Assembly: GCF_902652985.1 (NCBI RefSeq)
Contig: NC_047019.1
Span: 33,108,001 to 33,172,000, forward strand
Length of the DNA stretch: 64,000 nt
Direction: 5' to 3'
DNA from: Pecten maximus
Taxonomy: Eukaryota
The notes under the pieces are model-generated. The model was not told the origin of the DNA, did not search any database, and worked only from the letters and a program-made list of their open reading frames with translations. Made by a program: the position numbers and the translations under genes. Shown here one piece after another: positions 14,301 through 27,000 of the stretch (its first letter is position 1; every line of letters starts with the position of its first letter).

Positions 14301-15896
14301 GTCAGTTGGACCATTGTTCCCGTTATATTGGTTTCGTTAAAAGCCAAGTATGTTGCTTCCAGCTTCATGTGTTACAGTGAGGTACCCAGCCTTGGTTACC
14401 ATCCCGTCCATGTACTTCTCTCCTTTCGCGTTCCTATCAAATGGTATTCCAATTGGAACTGTATGTTTTTTCATGCAGCTATACGTTGCTATACGAAATC
14501 TGCAAAACAAGAATGCTTAAAGCGAGTATAACTATATTTCATGTTCATTAAACAGTGATTTCTTCTCATAAATCATGAAATTGGTTGAAGGACTATTGGA
14601 ACGGCCATCTTGAATGAGTGCACTCTGATCATGTCAGCGTATGAAAATTGCAAATTTATCAAGCGGTGATGTTTCACAAATTGTCTAGGTACTGATTTTA
14701 AAGATATTCATGAAAAACATTACTTAGTGTGAAAATAAAAAAATTCATTAACAAATAAAGTGTTAATACTTACTGTTAGATAAAAAGATAAACTCGGGGA
14801 ATGCACGAAAACCTTCTTTCTTGCATTTCTGGACGATTTTCGCAGTGTTAAACATAATTTGCTAATGAATTTATTTTGTATTATCTAAAGGCGTTATCTT
14901 TACTAAACGAAATATCACTTTTATCACACGTTTACTTTGTAGTAGCTAAACCACTTCCTTGTAATAACATTCGAATGCTATTTTTTCATAGAAATTTATT
15001 AAATATTATACATACGATATACAGACTGTGTTTAAATCTACATCTAATTGCAGAGATTTTAATTCCTTTGGGATTTACAAATGGAAAATATGAAGTGGGG
15101 TGTGACACCAGTTTTCAAGGAAGTCCTAGACTTAGGGGAATTTTATCGATTCTAAACTATGTGAGAGAAGTATTAATGTTTTAATTTTCTGTATTTTGCG
15201 TTATATGTAGTTAAATATAAATATAATTAAATGATTGGTTGAATGTGGGTTAGTCAGCCTTTGATATGCGTCCGTTCGTGGAAGTAATTCGGACTTGATG
15301 ACGTCAGAAGAGGATATCTTGATATCGTATGTATTCGTTAAACATACATACCACCGCTAGGATCAATAATAGATCCGTCACTGTCCTGACGTAATTCGTA
15401 TTATCCCGATATAAAATAAGCACGTCGTCATCCAAATAAGCTGGGCTTCCTGATACATCGCCATGTTGTACTACACCACAGAATAGCAATCGTAGTTAAT
15501 ACTAAAGATAAGGTGACCTGGAAACAAGCAATAAACAAATACCCCTATAATAAACAAGTCATTATAGAAATACATGTACAATACAAGAAACGGGAATGTT
15601 GAAAACAAATAGGACAGGAAGCGGAAGGTATAAAAACATGGAATGTTATGTTGTTGTTATTGGGGGTTTTTTTTGGTTTTTTTTGGTTTTGTTCTGTTTT
15701 TTTTTTTTAATTACTACAGTCGAAACCACACGTATAGGATTTACGATATTTCCTCACAAACACATAGTCCGTTTATATAATAAGTATAAAAGTTTCTTTT
15801 TCTTTAAATATTACGCGATAAATGCGATTTTTGTATGTTAAAAATCGGAAGGTAATTATAATCGGTACGATAATAATGACTTGGCGGGAAACAGTA

Positions 15897-16709
15897 TCAC
15901 CTTGATTACTATTGTCACAGTGAACACCAAACATCACCTTGGTTACTATTGTCACAGTGAACACCAAACATCACCTTGATTACTATTGTCACAGTGAACA
16001 CCAAACATCACCTTGGTTACTATTGTCACAGTGAACACCAAACATCACCTTGGTTACTATTGTCACAGTGAACACCAAACATTACCTTGATTACTATTGT
16101 CACAGTGAACACAAAACATCACCTTGGTTACTATTGTCACAGTGAACACCAAACATCACCTTGGTTACTATTGTCACAGTGAACACCAAACATCACCTTG
16201 GTTACTATTGTCACAGTGAACACAAAACATCACCATGATTACTATTGTCATAGTGAACACAAAACATCACCATGATTACTATTGTCACAGTGAACACAAA
16301 ACATCACCATGATTACTATTATCACAGTGAAAATAAAACATCACCATGATTACTATTGTCACAGTGAACACAAAACATCACCATAATTACTAGTCACAGT
16401 GAACACAAAGCATCATATGATTACTATTGTCACAGTGAACACAAAACATCACATGATTACTATTGTCACAGTGAACACAAAACATCACCATGATTACTAT
16501 TGTCACAGTGAAAATAACACGAAACATCACCATGGTTACTATTGTCACAGTGAACACAAAACATCACCATGATTACTATTGTCACAGTGAACACAAAACA
16601 TCACATGATTACTATTGTCACAGTGAAAATAAAACATCACCATGATTACTATTGTCACAGTGAACACAAAACATCACCATGATTACTATTGTCACAGTGA
16701 AAATAAAAA
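15897..16709. repeat. 37-bp minisatellite (~22 copies)
   Basis: Unit tcaccttggttactattgtcacagtgaacaccaaaca, grading into a ...catg...acaaaa variant along the array. Confidence 0.97.
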
Positions 16710-18262
16710 CAATGTACATCAAGCCAGAGACATGTGTCTCTGATAAAACAATGTAAAATTCTCATTAATTTTTTAACTTGAAACTGGTTTCCCTGGAAAC
16801 TGTAGATATATATTTTTCACGTGAATGTGGTAGTTGATAAGATCCGAAGACTTCAATGTTTTTTACTGATCTAAAGAGAAGGGGCTCAGCTATAAATATA
16901 TTCTGGGGTTAGACTTTAGTAGTGAAATCACGCATGATGAGAGGTAGACGTACAGTTACGGGTTAAATCTGAATTCATATTGTGACATAACACCTAGAAA
17001 CACACGATATTGAAATGTGCCTGCCAATGACCGATATTAAACACACAAAGCCAATACACAAAAATGACGTCAATATGTACGTAAGGGCATACCTCGATTT
17101 ACAATAAATACTGCATACAGATACAGAGGCTTACATAGCATCGTTATGTGTATCGGACGCTCGATCAATACTGTAATTAATGAGATCGTGACTTATTGTA
17201 ATGACCCGTCCATGTCCTAGTGTTTCACTGTCACGACATGAAGGACTCGACATACACACTACCGACCTATAATTACCACATCACAATGAGAGGTGGTCAA
17301 GAGGACATCGACCTCCATCATATTCTCACTAAAACACAGATTTTATTATAAAATCGTTTTTTTCTAAAACAGTGTCACATGATTCCCGATAAAGTCATAT
17401 TGATCGGCCCGATATCCAGACATGCCCATAGTGACAAACTGCCTACTATATGATATGAATACCTGGATCGCAATGTATTTACACACACGCATATGGATGC
17501 ATATTACATACATTCAACACGTTACAATTCCGACAGAAAAGTCAAACAATAAACCTTCGGATTAACAAAACATGGTTAGATTTTCGGCCGTTTCCGTGAT
17601 AGGACCCCGTTCCTAGGGGCGTGGTCAGATCACGCGCCAATCCTAGTTGTTTTCGGGTTCTTCTGTCGGTGTGATTTCAACCAAATTACTCATGTAAAGC
17701 AACTAACCGAAATCCAGTCCAATATCTAACCCGAGTAAGAAAATGATATGAAATGTTATCCTTTCCTTTTCCTGTCTGTACAAAATTTCATAAGTCGCCG
17801 AAATTACATGGTAACATATTTTGTGAATGATAGAGAATGCTATGGTTCATTACGTTATAGATAAATAATAGATGATATTGCCAAGGAAATTCGTATTAAT
17901 ATAACGTTCATGTAAATAGTCAATCCAGTGATCATATAACTAGCAAATCCAGTGATTTTACAAGCATATAAATCACTATTCTGGTGCAAAGGAATAGATG
18001 TAACTTGATGTATCATGGTTATCCACGAGTCTTGATTTTGACATTTAATTTGTTAATTTCGGCAAAACAGGCGTAAAATGCTCATGTGGATCAGACATAT
18101 TGCGCAAAATAACCAAGTCTAGGTTAATCACGTGATATCTTTCTATATACAGTTCCCTGTCGTGTTCAGACAGAAGCAACTAGGGGTGTTCAACCAAAAA
18201 CACCCGTGTGCAGACCGAAGCAACATGTGTTCAGACTGAAGCAACCTAGAGAGTAGTGTTAT

Positions 18263-21150
18263 AACTAGAACTGTCGCCAGGATGGCTGACTAATACCCCC
18301 GCAATCTGCACGAGTCAATGGTGAATTGAAACGGTTGGAACTGGAAATAGAGGCTAACTAAGATAACCCAGTAATATAGTGACCAGTTTCCATAGCAACC
18401 ATAATTTTGAGAAAAAGAAAGTGGCATGCACATCTACACATGGTCCTCTATATTTGTGTGAAGTTTCATTGAAATCGGCCATTCGGTTTAGGAGGAGTTG
18501 TCCGGACAAACTTAAAGTTATGGTTCTTAACGGAAAACCTGTTCATAGTGACCAGTTGCCATAGCAACCATAATTTTGAGAAAAAGAAAGTGGCATGCAC
18601 ATCTACACATGGTCATCTATATTTGTGTGAAGTTTCATTGAAATCGGTCATTCGGTTTAGGAGGCAAACTTAAAGTTATGGTTCTTATCGGAAAACCTGT
18701 TCATAGAGACCAGTTGCCATAGCAACCATAATTTTGAGAAAAAGAAAGTAGCATGCACATCTACGCATGGTCCTCTATATTTGTGTTAAGTTTCATTGAA
18801 ATCGGCCCTTCGGTTTAGGAGGAGTTGTCCGGACAAACTTAAAGTTATGGTTCTTATCTGAAAACCTGTTTATAGTGACCAGTTGCCATAGCAACCATAC
18901 TTTTGAGAAAAAGAAAGTGGCATGCACATCTTCACATGTTCCTCTATATTTGTGTGAAGTTTCATTGAAATCAGCCCTTCGGTTTAGGCAGCAAACTTAA
19001 AGTTATGGTTCTTAACGGAAAACCTGTTCATAGAGACCAGTTGCCGTAGCAACCATAATTTTGAGAAAAAGAAAGTGGCATGCACATCTACACATGGTCC
19101 TCTATATTTGTGTGAAGTTTCATTGAAATTGGCCATTCAGTTTAGGAGGCAAACTTAAAGTTATGGTTCTTATCGGAAAACATGTTCATAAAGACCAGTT
19201 GCTGTAGCAACCATAATTTTGAGAAAAAGAAAGTGGCATGCACATCTACACATGGTCCTCTATATTTGTGTGAAGTTTCATTGAAATTGGCCATTCGGTT
19301 TAGGAGGCAAACTTAAAGTTATGGTTCTTATCGGAAAACCTGTTCATAGAGACCAGTTGCCATAGCAACCATAATTTTGAGAAAAAGAAAGTGGCATGCA
19401 CATCTACACATGGTCCTCTATATTTGTGTGAAGTTTCATTGAAATTGGCCATTCGGTTTAGGAGGCAAACTTAAAGTTATGGTTCTTATTGGAAAACTGT
19501 TCATAGTGACCAGTTTCTATAGCAACCATAATTTTGAGAAAAAGGAAGTGGCATGCAAATCTACACATGGTCCTCTATATTTGTGTGAAGTTTCATTGAA
19601 ATCAGCCCTTCGGTTTAGGCAGCAAACTTAAAGTTATGGTTCTTAACGGAAAACCTGTTCATAGAGACCAGTTGCCGTAGCAACCATAATTTTGAGAAAA
19701 AGAAAGTGGCATGCACATCTACACATGGTCCTCTATATTTGTGTGAAGTTTCATTGAAATTGGCCATTCAGTTTAGGAGGCAAACTTAAAGTTATGGTTC
19801 TTATCGGAAAACATGTTCATAAAGACCAGTTGCTGTAGCAACCATAATTTTGAGAAAAAGAAAGTGGCATGCACATCTACACATGGTCCTCTATATTTGT
19901 GTGAAGTTTCATTGAAATTGGCCATTCAGTTTAGGAGGCAAACTTAAAGTTATGGTTCTTATCGGAAAACCTGTTCATAGAGACCAGTTGCCATAGCAAC
20001 CATAATTTTGAGAAAAAGAAAGTGGCATGCACATCTACACATGGTCCTCTATATTTGTGTGAAGTTTCATTGAAATTGGCCATTCGGTTTAGGAGGCAAA
20101 CTTAAAGTTATGGTTCTTATTGGAAAACTGTTCATAGTGACCAGTTTCTATAGCAACCATAATTTTGAGAAAAAGGAAGTGGCATGCACATCTACACATG
20201 GTCCTCTATATTTGTGTGACGTTTCATTGAAATCGGCCATTCGGTTTAGGAGGCAAACTTAAAAGTTATGGTTCTTATCGGAAAACCTGTTCATAAAGAC
20301 CAGTTGCCGTAGCAACCATAATTTTGAGAAAAAGAAAGTGGCATGCACATCTACACATGGTCCTCTATATTTGTGTGACGTTTCATTGAAATTGGCCATT
20401 CAGTTTAGGAGGCAAACTTAAAGTTATGGTTCTTATCGGAAAACCTATTCATAGTGACCAGTTTCCATAGCAACCATAATTTTGAGAAAAAGAAAGTGGC
20501 ATGCACATCTACACATGGTCCTCTATATTTGTGTGACGTTTCATTGAAATCGGGCATTCGGTTTAGGAGGCAAACTTGAAGTTATGGTTCTTATCGGAAA
20601 ACCTGTTCATAGTGACCAGTTTCTATAGCAACCATAATTTTGAGAAAAAGAAAGTGGCATGCACATCTACACATGGTCCTCTATATTTGTGTGACATTTC
20701 ATTGAAATCGGGCATTCGGTTTAGGAGGCAAACTTGAAGTTATGGTTCTTATCGGAAAACCTGTTCATAGTGACTAGTTGCCATAGCAACCATAATTTTG
20801 AGAGAAAGAAAGTGGCATGCACATCTACATATGGTCCTCTATATTTGTGATAAGTTTCATTGAAATCGGCCATTCGGTTTAGGAGGAGTTGTCCGGACAA
20901 ACTTAAAGTTATGGTTCTTATCGGAAAACCTGTTCATAGTGACCAGTTGCCATAGCAACCATAATTTTGAAAAAAAGAAAGTGGCATGCATATCTACACA
21001 TGGTCCTCTATATTTGTGCGAAGTTTCATTGAAATCGGCCCTTCGGTTTAGGAGGAGTTGTCCGGACAAATGCGTCTACAGACAGACGGACGGACGGACG
21101 GACAACCTGATTCCAGTATACCCCCCTAACTTTGTTGCGGGGGTATAATA
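18263..21150 (+). mobile_element. HINE/pearl-like Helentron-associated element carrying a ~17-copy 158/169-bp satellite array
   Basis: Inverted repeat tacccccgcaa (18294-18304) / ttgcgggggta (21135-21145), 3' hairpin, (acag)(ggac)n microsatellite at ~21078-21104. Internal monomers are 169 bp, or 158 bp when lacking agttgtccgga. Confidence 0.88.
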
Positions 21151-22129
21151 AGTCCTGATTATATACGGAGTGGTTAGTAAGGCCATGGTGTATCTTCATT
21201 GTAAACACCTTAGTGAGGACCATATTCCATACAAAACAAGTGAGAAAATATTAACACAGCCAATTTATCTTTTCGTTTACTGGTACCAGTGACTGAAGAT
21301 GGAATCCGCTTATCAGATTTGCTTTCGAAACAAAATAAAAGTGAGTATTGATGTAGCGAGATCGCCAGAACACTGATTTCACACACTACTGTGGGAAAAG
21401 AGAGCATTTGTGATCTTCACTACAATGATAAAAGTAATGCTAACTACATCAACAAATCGTAATTTTCGTTTGATCAAAGACTTAATTTATTTTAATCAAA
21501 TTCACCTAGCATAACATAGCGATGTGCATCCTATATTTGATAAGCATAACATATTGTTTCGCATTAGTATCACAAAAGTCGGACACCACGTTTTATTTTG
21601 GCCATCTGTTGGGAGGTCCACGTGGAGCTCGGGACAGTTCCTTTATCTGGATGGCAAGTCTCTTCAGAACTGAAAAGAAATGAAATGATAATCAATTGTC
21701 AGAACTAAAAACTACAATGCTTAAAACTAATATCACAAAACTGAAATTGGGACACCTTTTATAGCAAGGTGCATGTACATGTATTATCAATTCATATTCT
21801 GATAATTTGGTATTAATGTTTTTGCTATAATTAAATAAAAATATTATTTCTTTACTGAATTTATGCGATAGCTGATGCACTTTAACTAAGTTTATCTGTA
21901 GAGGGCCTTCAAAGTGGATTTCCTAGCCATGTATGAAAATAGATAACATTAAAAATGTATTTTTCTTGATTAATCTTCTGTCATTAATCAAATATTCATT
22001 TTCAGTATGATTTGTTAATGTTTCGATCAGAGACCTATATAGGTCTCTGGTTTTGATGTATGACATGATATCTTTGCTGTCAACTCTGCCGTGCGCAGTC
22101 ATAATCGCGTATAAGATAAGAAAGGTTTT

Positions 22130-23045
22130 AGAAATATGTAGGACATCAGGACATCACACGCTCTACCCAGGAAGATCTGGTGATCATCACAGTGCGGGAC
22201 TGGTCATATTTAAAACAACAGAGGCACTCGTGCGCCTGACAGAGCTGAAGCTCATAAATGAAAGGCTGGTAAAAAAAAGAAATGACTTATATGATATGGC
22301 GGTAAAACGAGGAGCAGGCATTAATAGCGAGCACTTGTTAGTAGCTGAAACTTGGAACAGCGAACAAGAAACACATGAGCCCAACCACTTGATGTTGCCA
22401 AACTAAAGGATCAGGCATTTCAAACCGGTCTTACAAGACTAAGACAAACTGAATTTTCAAACTGGTCTTTCAAGACTAGGACAAACAGAATTAAGACAGC
22501 TTTAATCACGCATTATTAGAATGTGGGGAAATCGGATCAAGGAAACAAAGAAAAGATGAATTGCCACACTGGAAGAGAAAGAAAGAAAGGCAAACAGATG
22601 ATAACCGTCACCACATCCGAGTCTCAAGAACAAACGGAGAGGAGAATACAAAGATCTCGACATGCTAGTCAATACCAAGCTGACGAAAGAGCATATACAA
22701 AAAGACAGCATATGAACCAGAAAAGGCAGCTTCCAAGCAGGACATCCAACACTATTGACCAAACACTAACTGGGAAGCTCCAAAAAAACAACCATTTGTT
22801 TGAAGAGGGAAATCCTACTTCTTATTTAAGTCATGGAAAGAACATTTTGAGACGGTACTTAACGCAGATGAACCAGGCAACAATATCACCACCCGTGGGA
22901 TATCAACATTGAACCAGCTAGTGTTGATGATATCAGGAAAGTTATAAAAAGATCTATGGTTGAATAAAGGAAAAGCAACAGTAGCAAATAGAATCCAACC
23001 CGAGATATTAAAGAAATATCTGACACCTACACTATGAATATATAG
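22130..23045 (+). mobile_element. Degenerate RTE-like non-LTR retrotransposon fragment (APE endonuclease and linker)
   Basis: SGHHTLYPGRSGDHHSAGLV...LINERL, VKRGAGINSEHLLVA (SDH-like block), WKEHFETVLN and KGKAT..I.PEILK, with many frameshifts. Confidence 0.7.
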
Positions 23046-23129
23046 CAAGATAAAACATTATTGTTACTCATCCTTCGGAGATTTTTCATGACTGGTCTGG
23101 TTTTGAATTATTCAACATCCTATCATCTG

Positions 23130-23990
23130 CTTAGGCGATTTACGGACAGCCTCCATTAGCTTGTGTGTGGGACTCATACGTGTAGTGTATGTGTGCGTGC
23201 TTTAAGAGGCTGCGGTATGTTTGTGTTTGTCTCCTTGTGATAGCGCAAAACTGATGCCGACATTATAGTGCTACCACACAGAAGCATATTTTTGCAGACA
23301 CCTCACAGGATACGCCACCCAGTAACAATTTACAAACCAGTTGTTGATTCCACTCCCTACAAGAGGCTCATAGGCCTTAACGGTCACGTGTGCTTTGAAA
23401 TATTTTAGTTAATTTAACCTTTTTTGGTCCTGCCGATAAGCCAATGTGGGCCAATTATTGCCAAAGTTCATACCATCAAGCTGTCACCCAATGTTGATAA
23501 TGTTAACAATGTTAGAATAGATTCCAAATTAAATCAAACAAATGATAGACAAAAATGTTATTTGTTGGAACATAAACTATATTAAAGTCTACGCCATCCT
23601 CAGGGGCAAATTTGTGACCCCAGGATCATGACATTCACAATTTTAATAAAACACCTTAAGACCCTTCCATCTATGAAGAGTATTTGATTCTAACTTATTT
23701 GGATCTTGAGAAGAAGTTTTTTCAGTTAATTTGACCTTTACTGGCCCTGCCTATAAGCCCCTGGGTGCCAGTCAGTGCCAACATGTGCATACCATCAAGC
23801 TGTCATCCAATGCTGATAATGTTAACAAAGAATGAACTCAAATATTCAAACAAATGACTTTGTCTCAGGTGACCTAAAATGCAGAGTACTGAACTACCAT
23901 TTGTATAGACTCGCAGGGAGACTGTTCAACTAAGGCCGAAAGTGATGAATAAAGTTGCTAGAAAAAAGAGAAAAGTTAAGATCTCAAACG
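23130..23990 (-). mobile_element. Degenerate SINE interrupted by a HINE-like element
   Basis: ~23215-23345 matches the copy at 56570-56700 (gtatgtttgtgtttgtctccttgtga...gacattatagtgctacc). Similarity resumes after 23880 (aactaccat...agactc...aggcc.aaagtga...aagagaaaag). Confidence 0.6.
23359..23880 (+). mobile_element. Older, diverged copy of the 6102-7155 HINE-like family
   Basis: Starts acaagaggctcataggccttaacggtcac, ends gtctcaggtgacctaaaa, and shares internal unit sequence (ccttaagacccttccatctatgaagagtatttgattcta). Confidence 0.8.
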
Positions 23991-24047
23991 GCTGTCAAAA
24001 GTAATACAACTTTTGATACATGGTTTAACACAACATTGATTCCTTAG

Positions 24048-27000
24048 TTATATATTAAAATCAAACACTGACCATGTTATTTCCTTATTCGTATCTTCTT
24101 CACCACTTGACTCTTCATTGTCATCAAAATCTTCATCGACGGTCATTGATATGTCGTTAGAGAAACTTTCCTCAATATTTGTTGATAGGTCGAGGGTCAA
24201 GTAATCCAAAGATTGGCCAGGAAGTATTCCAATCGGAATCTGTGACCAATCCACTTCATCTGCAAAGGAATCATCAGTTCAAGTACCTATTTAGCTTGTA
24301 TACATTAATCATACATTAGAGCTAACACTGAACTTCAGTGTCACCAATGTCCTTAATATTAGCTTGTATACATTAATGGATTACAGCTAACACTGAACTT
24401 CAGTGTCACTAATGTCCCTGTTAGCTTGTATACATTAATCATTCGTTTAAGCTAACCCAGAACTTCAGTATCACCATTAATCATATATTAGAGCTAACAC
24501 TGAACTTCAGTGTCACACCAATGTCTCTGTTAGCTTGTATACATTAACGGATTACAGCTAACACTGAACTTCAGTGTCACACCAATGTCTCTGTTAGCTT
24601 GTATACATTAACAGATTAGAGCTAATACTGAACTTCAGTGTCACCATTAATTATACATTAGAGCTAACCCAGAACTTCAGTATCACCATTAATCATATAT
24701 TAGAGCTAACCCAGAACTTCAGTATCGCCATTAATCATATATTAGAGCTAAAACTGAATTTCACACACATTCGTTTAAGCTAACCCAGAACTTCAGTATC
24801 ACCAATGTCCTTGTTAGCTTATTTTAAGAACTGCCCAAAATTGTGACCTCATCCCTTTATTTGTATTTCTTTCATTTCTATTGTACTTACAAATCAGCAT
24901 GAACTAAGGACAAGCACCCTTTATGGTTTATGAAATATAAAGTGTTTTGCCTTAAGTTGTCAGATGCAATACATCTCTGTATCTATCAAGAGTTACATAT
25001 GTAAGGATATCATAAGAAAAAAACAGAGTACGGTATTCAGAACATAAATACCTTCATAGAACTGCCAGTTTAAATGGGCACAAACATTCCGTGATGCCAC
25101 TTTTACAGGAATGTCATCTTCTGAAGCTTCTAATTTCCTTTTCCGGGATTTTAAATCTGAAAAATATTAAGATATCATTTTCAGAATGTGTATTTTGTAC
25201 AGCATTTGCTTCTTTTTGAGCATGTACGACATAATAATATTCAGTATGAAACTCTAGATGGTGGTCAGAAACAGACTAAAGCAGACTTATTTTCTGTCAA
25301 GTTTTCACCAAGAAACATATTGAGATTAAACTGTGTCAGAAAATATTAAGCAAGAAACCAATGGGCCTTAATCGTCGCCTAGGTTCTGATATACATTATA
25401 TCAATACAACAAGAAACCCATGGGCCTTAATCGTCGCCTAGGTTCTGATATACATTACATCAATACAACAAGATGCCAATGGGCCAAAATGGTGACCTGG
25501 GTTGTGATTTCCTTATATAAACTACAATAAAGTAAAAATCCCTCCCCAGGGGCAAACATGAGACCCCAGGGTCATGAAATTCACAGTTTTGGTAAATCAC
25601 CTTAGACCCTTCCATCTACGAAGAGTAAGTTTAACTCAAGCGTATCTGGCATGGGTACTGAGAAGAAGATTTTTTTTTTTTTACCATATCCCTCAAATGT
25701 AAGTTAATACAGACAAAAGAATTATTTTGGTGATTATATAAAAGATGAAATTTATAAGGAGATTAAATGTTACTATTGTAACGGAAAGCGAAAGTAGGTC
25801 TTTTGGCGGGAAATAGAAAACGAAACTAGACCTCGTCCGGCAGAAGCTTCAACGTTACGTCCCAGTAAAACATGTAATAGACATAGATATCTGTAATCAC
25901 GTGGTACTTTCGTTAGTATAAATACAGGTGAGCTGAGCTGCTCGGGTTTCATTCTGATTCTGATTTCGACGAGTGAAGATCAGGGAACACTAGTAACGTT
26001 ATACTATAGAATTGCATAGCATTACCATATACATAGGAAACAGTGTGGGCCTGAATAAGGCTGGAATACTAACACACTGTGGGGTTAGCGGATTGACAGG
26101 GTTACGGTACTGTACTTATATTATCACAGCGGTGATAGGGAGCCTGACAGTTGACTGTTGGCAGTGCACTGTTGGCAGGTTAGTGTACAGGTAACTCTGG
26201 GAGGCTGACCGACGTATAGCTAGCGGTCGGGTTGTTGTGTATATATGTGCGCATACAGGAGCTCGCTGCAAACAGCAGTGAGAACGGCGGTCTGACGGAC
26301 TGGTGCTGTATGCGTGGTTAACATATACACAGGCTCTAGCAGAGTGCGTATTGCAGCGGTTTTACTAGTAACGCGGTAGCGGCATTCAGAATCCCTGTTG
26401 TTAGTAGTATAGATAATTACGTAGTGGTCAGACAACCACTGGATACAATCATACTCATTGTTTTTACGCCCGGGCGGCGTTACGCTCTTATAGCAGAACA
26501 CATATATGTATATATTGTACTTAGGGTAATATGTAGTAAATATCTCGAATCCCAAGACGTGACTTGGTAACGAACCCCTTACACGTCACAAGATTTTGGT
26601 GGCAGCGGTGGGGATCCGATAATCTATGTATTTTTTACCCTTGGCTTTAGATAAAAGCTGTACTTTATATATAATAACAGTGTTTTGCTGTATTGCTAAT
26701 TGTTGTTAAAATGGCTGAAGGAGGGTACGATAGTAAAGCTGTTGAGGCTGAGATAGAGAAACTTCGTGGGGAGCTTTCTCAAATACTGGATAGCGGTGTA
26801 GCAACCAACACAGCGCTCACTACTTCTACACCTTATGGCCCCCGGACCGGAGATGGGTGTAGACAGGATATGGATAACTCGGGCAGTGGTCGGAAGGACT
26901 ATACCGACTATTATAGTAGCCCGAATTTCGGAAATTACGATAGGGATGGAGCGCGTGCTGGCCAGTATGATAAGGAAATGTATCAAGGAGTTGGTCCTGC

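Noticed and set aside
8220-16709. Regular short repeats that might be read as CRISPR arrays
   Set aside because: The units are head-to-tail with no unique spacers, there are no cas genes, and the context is eukaryotic.
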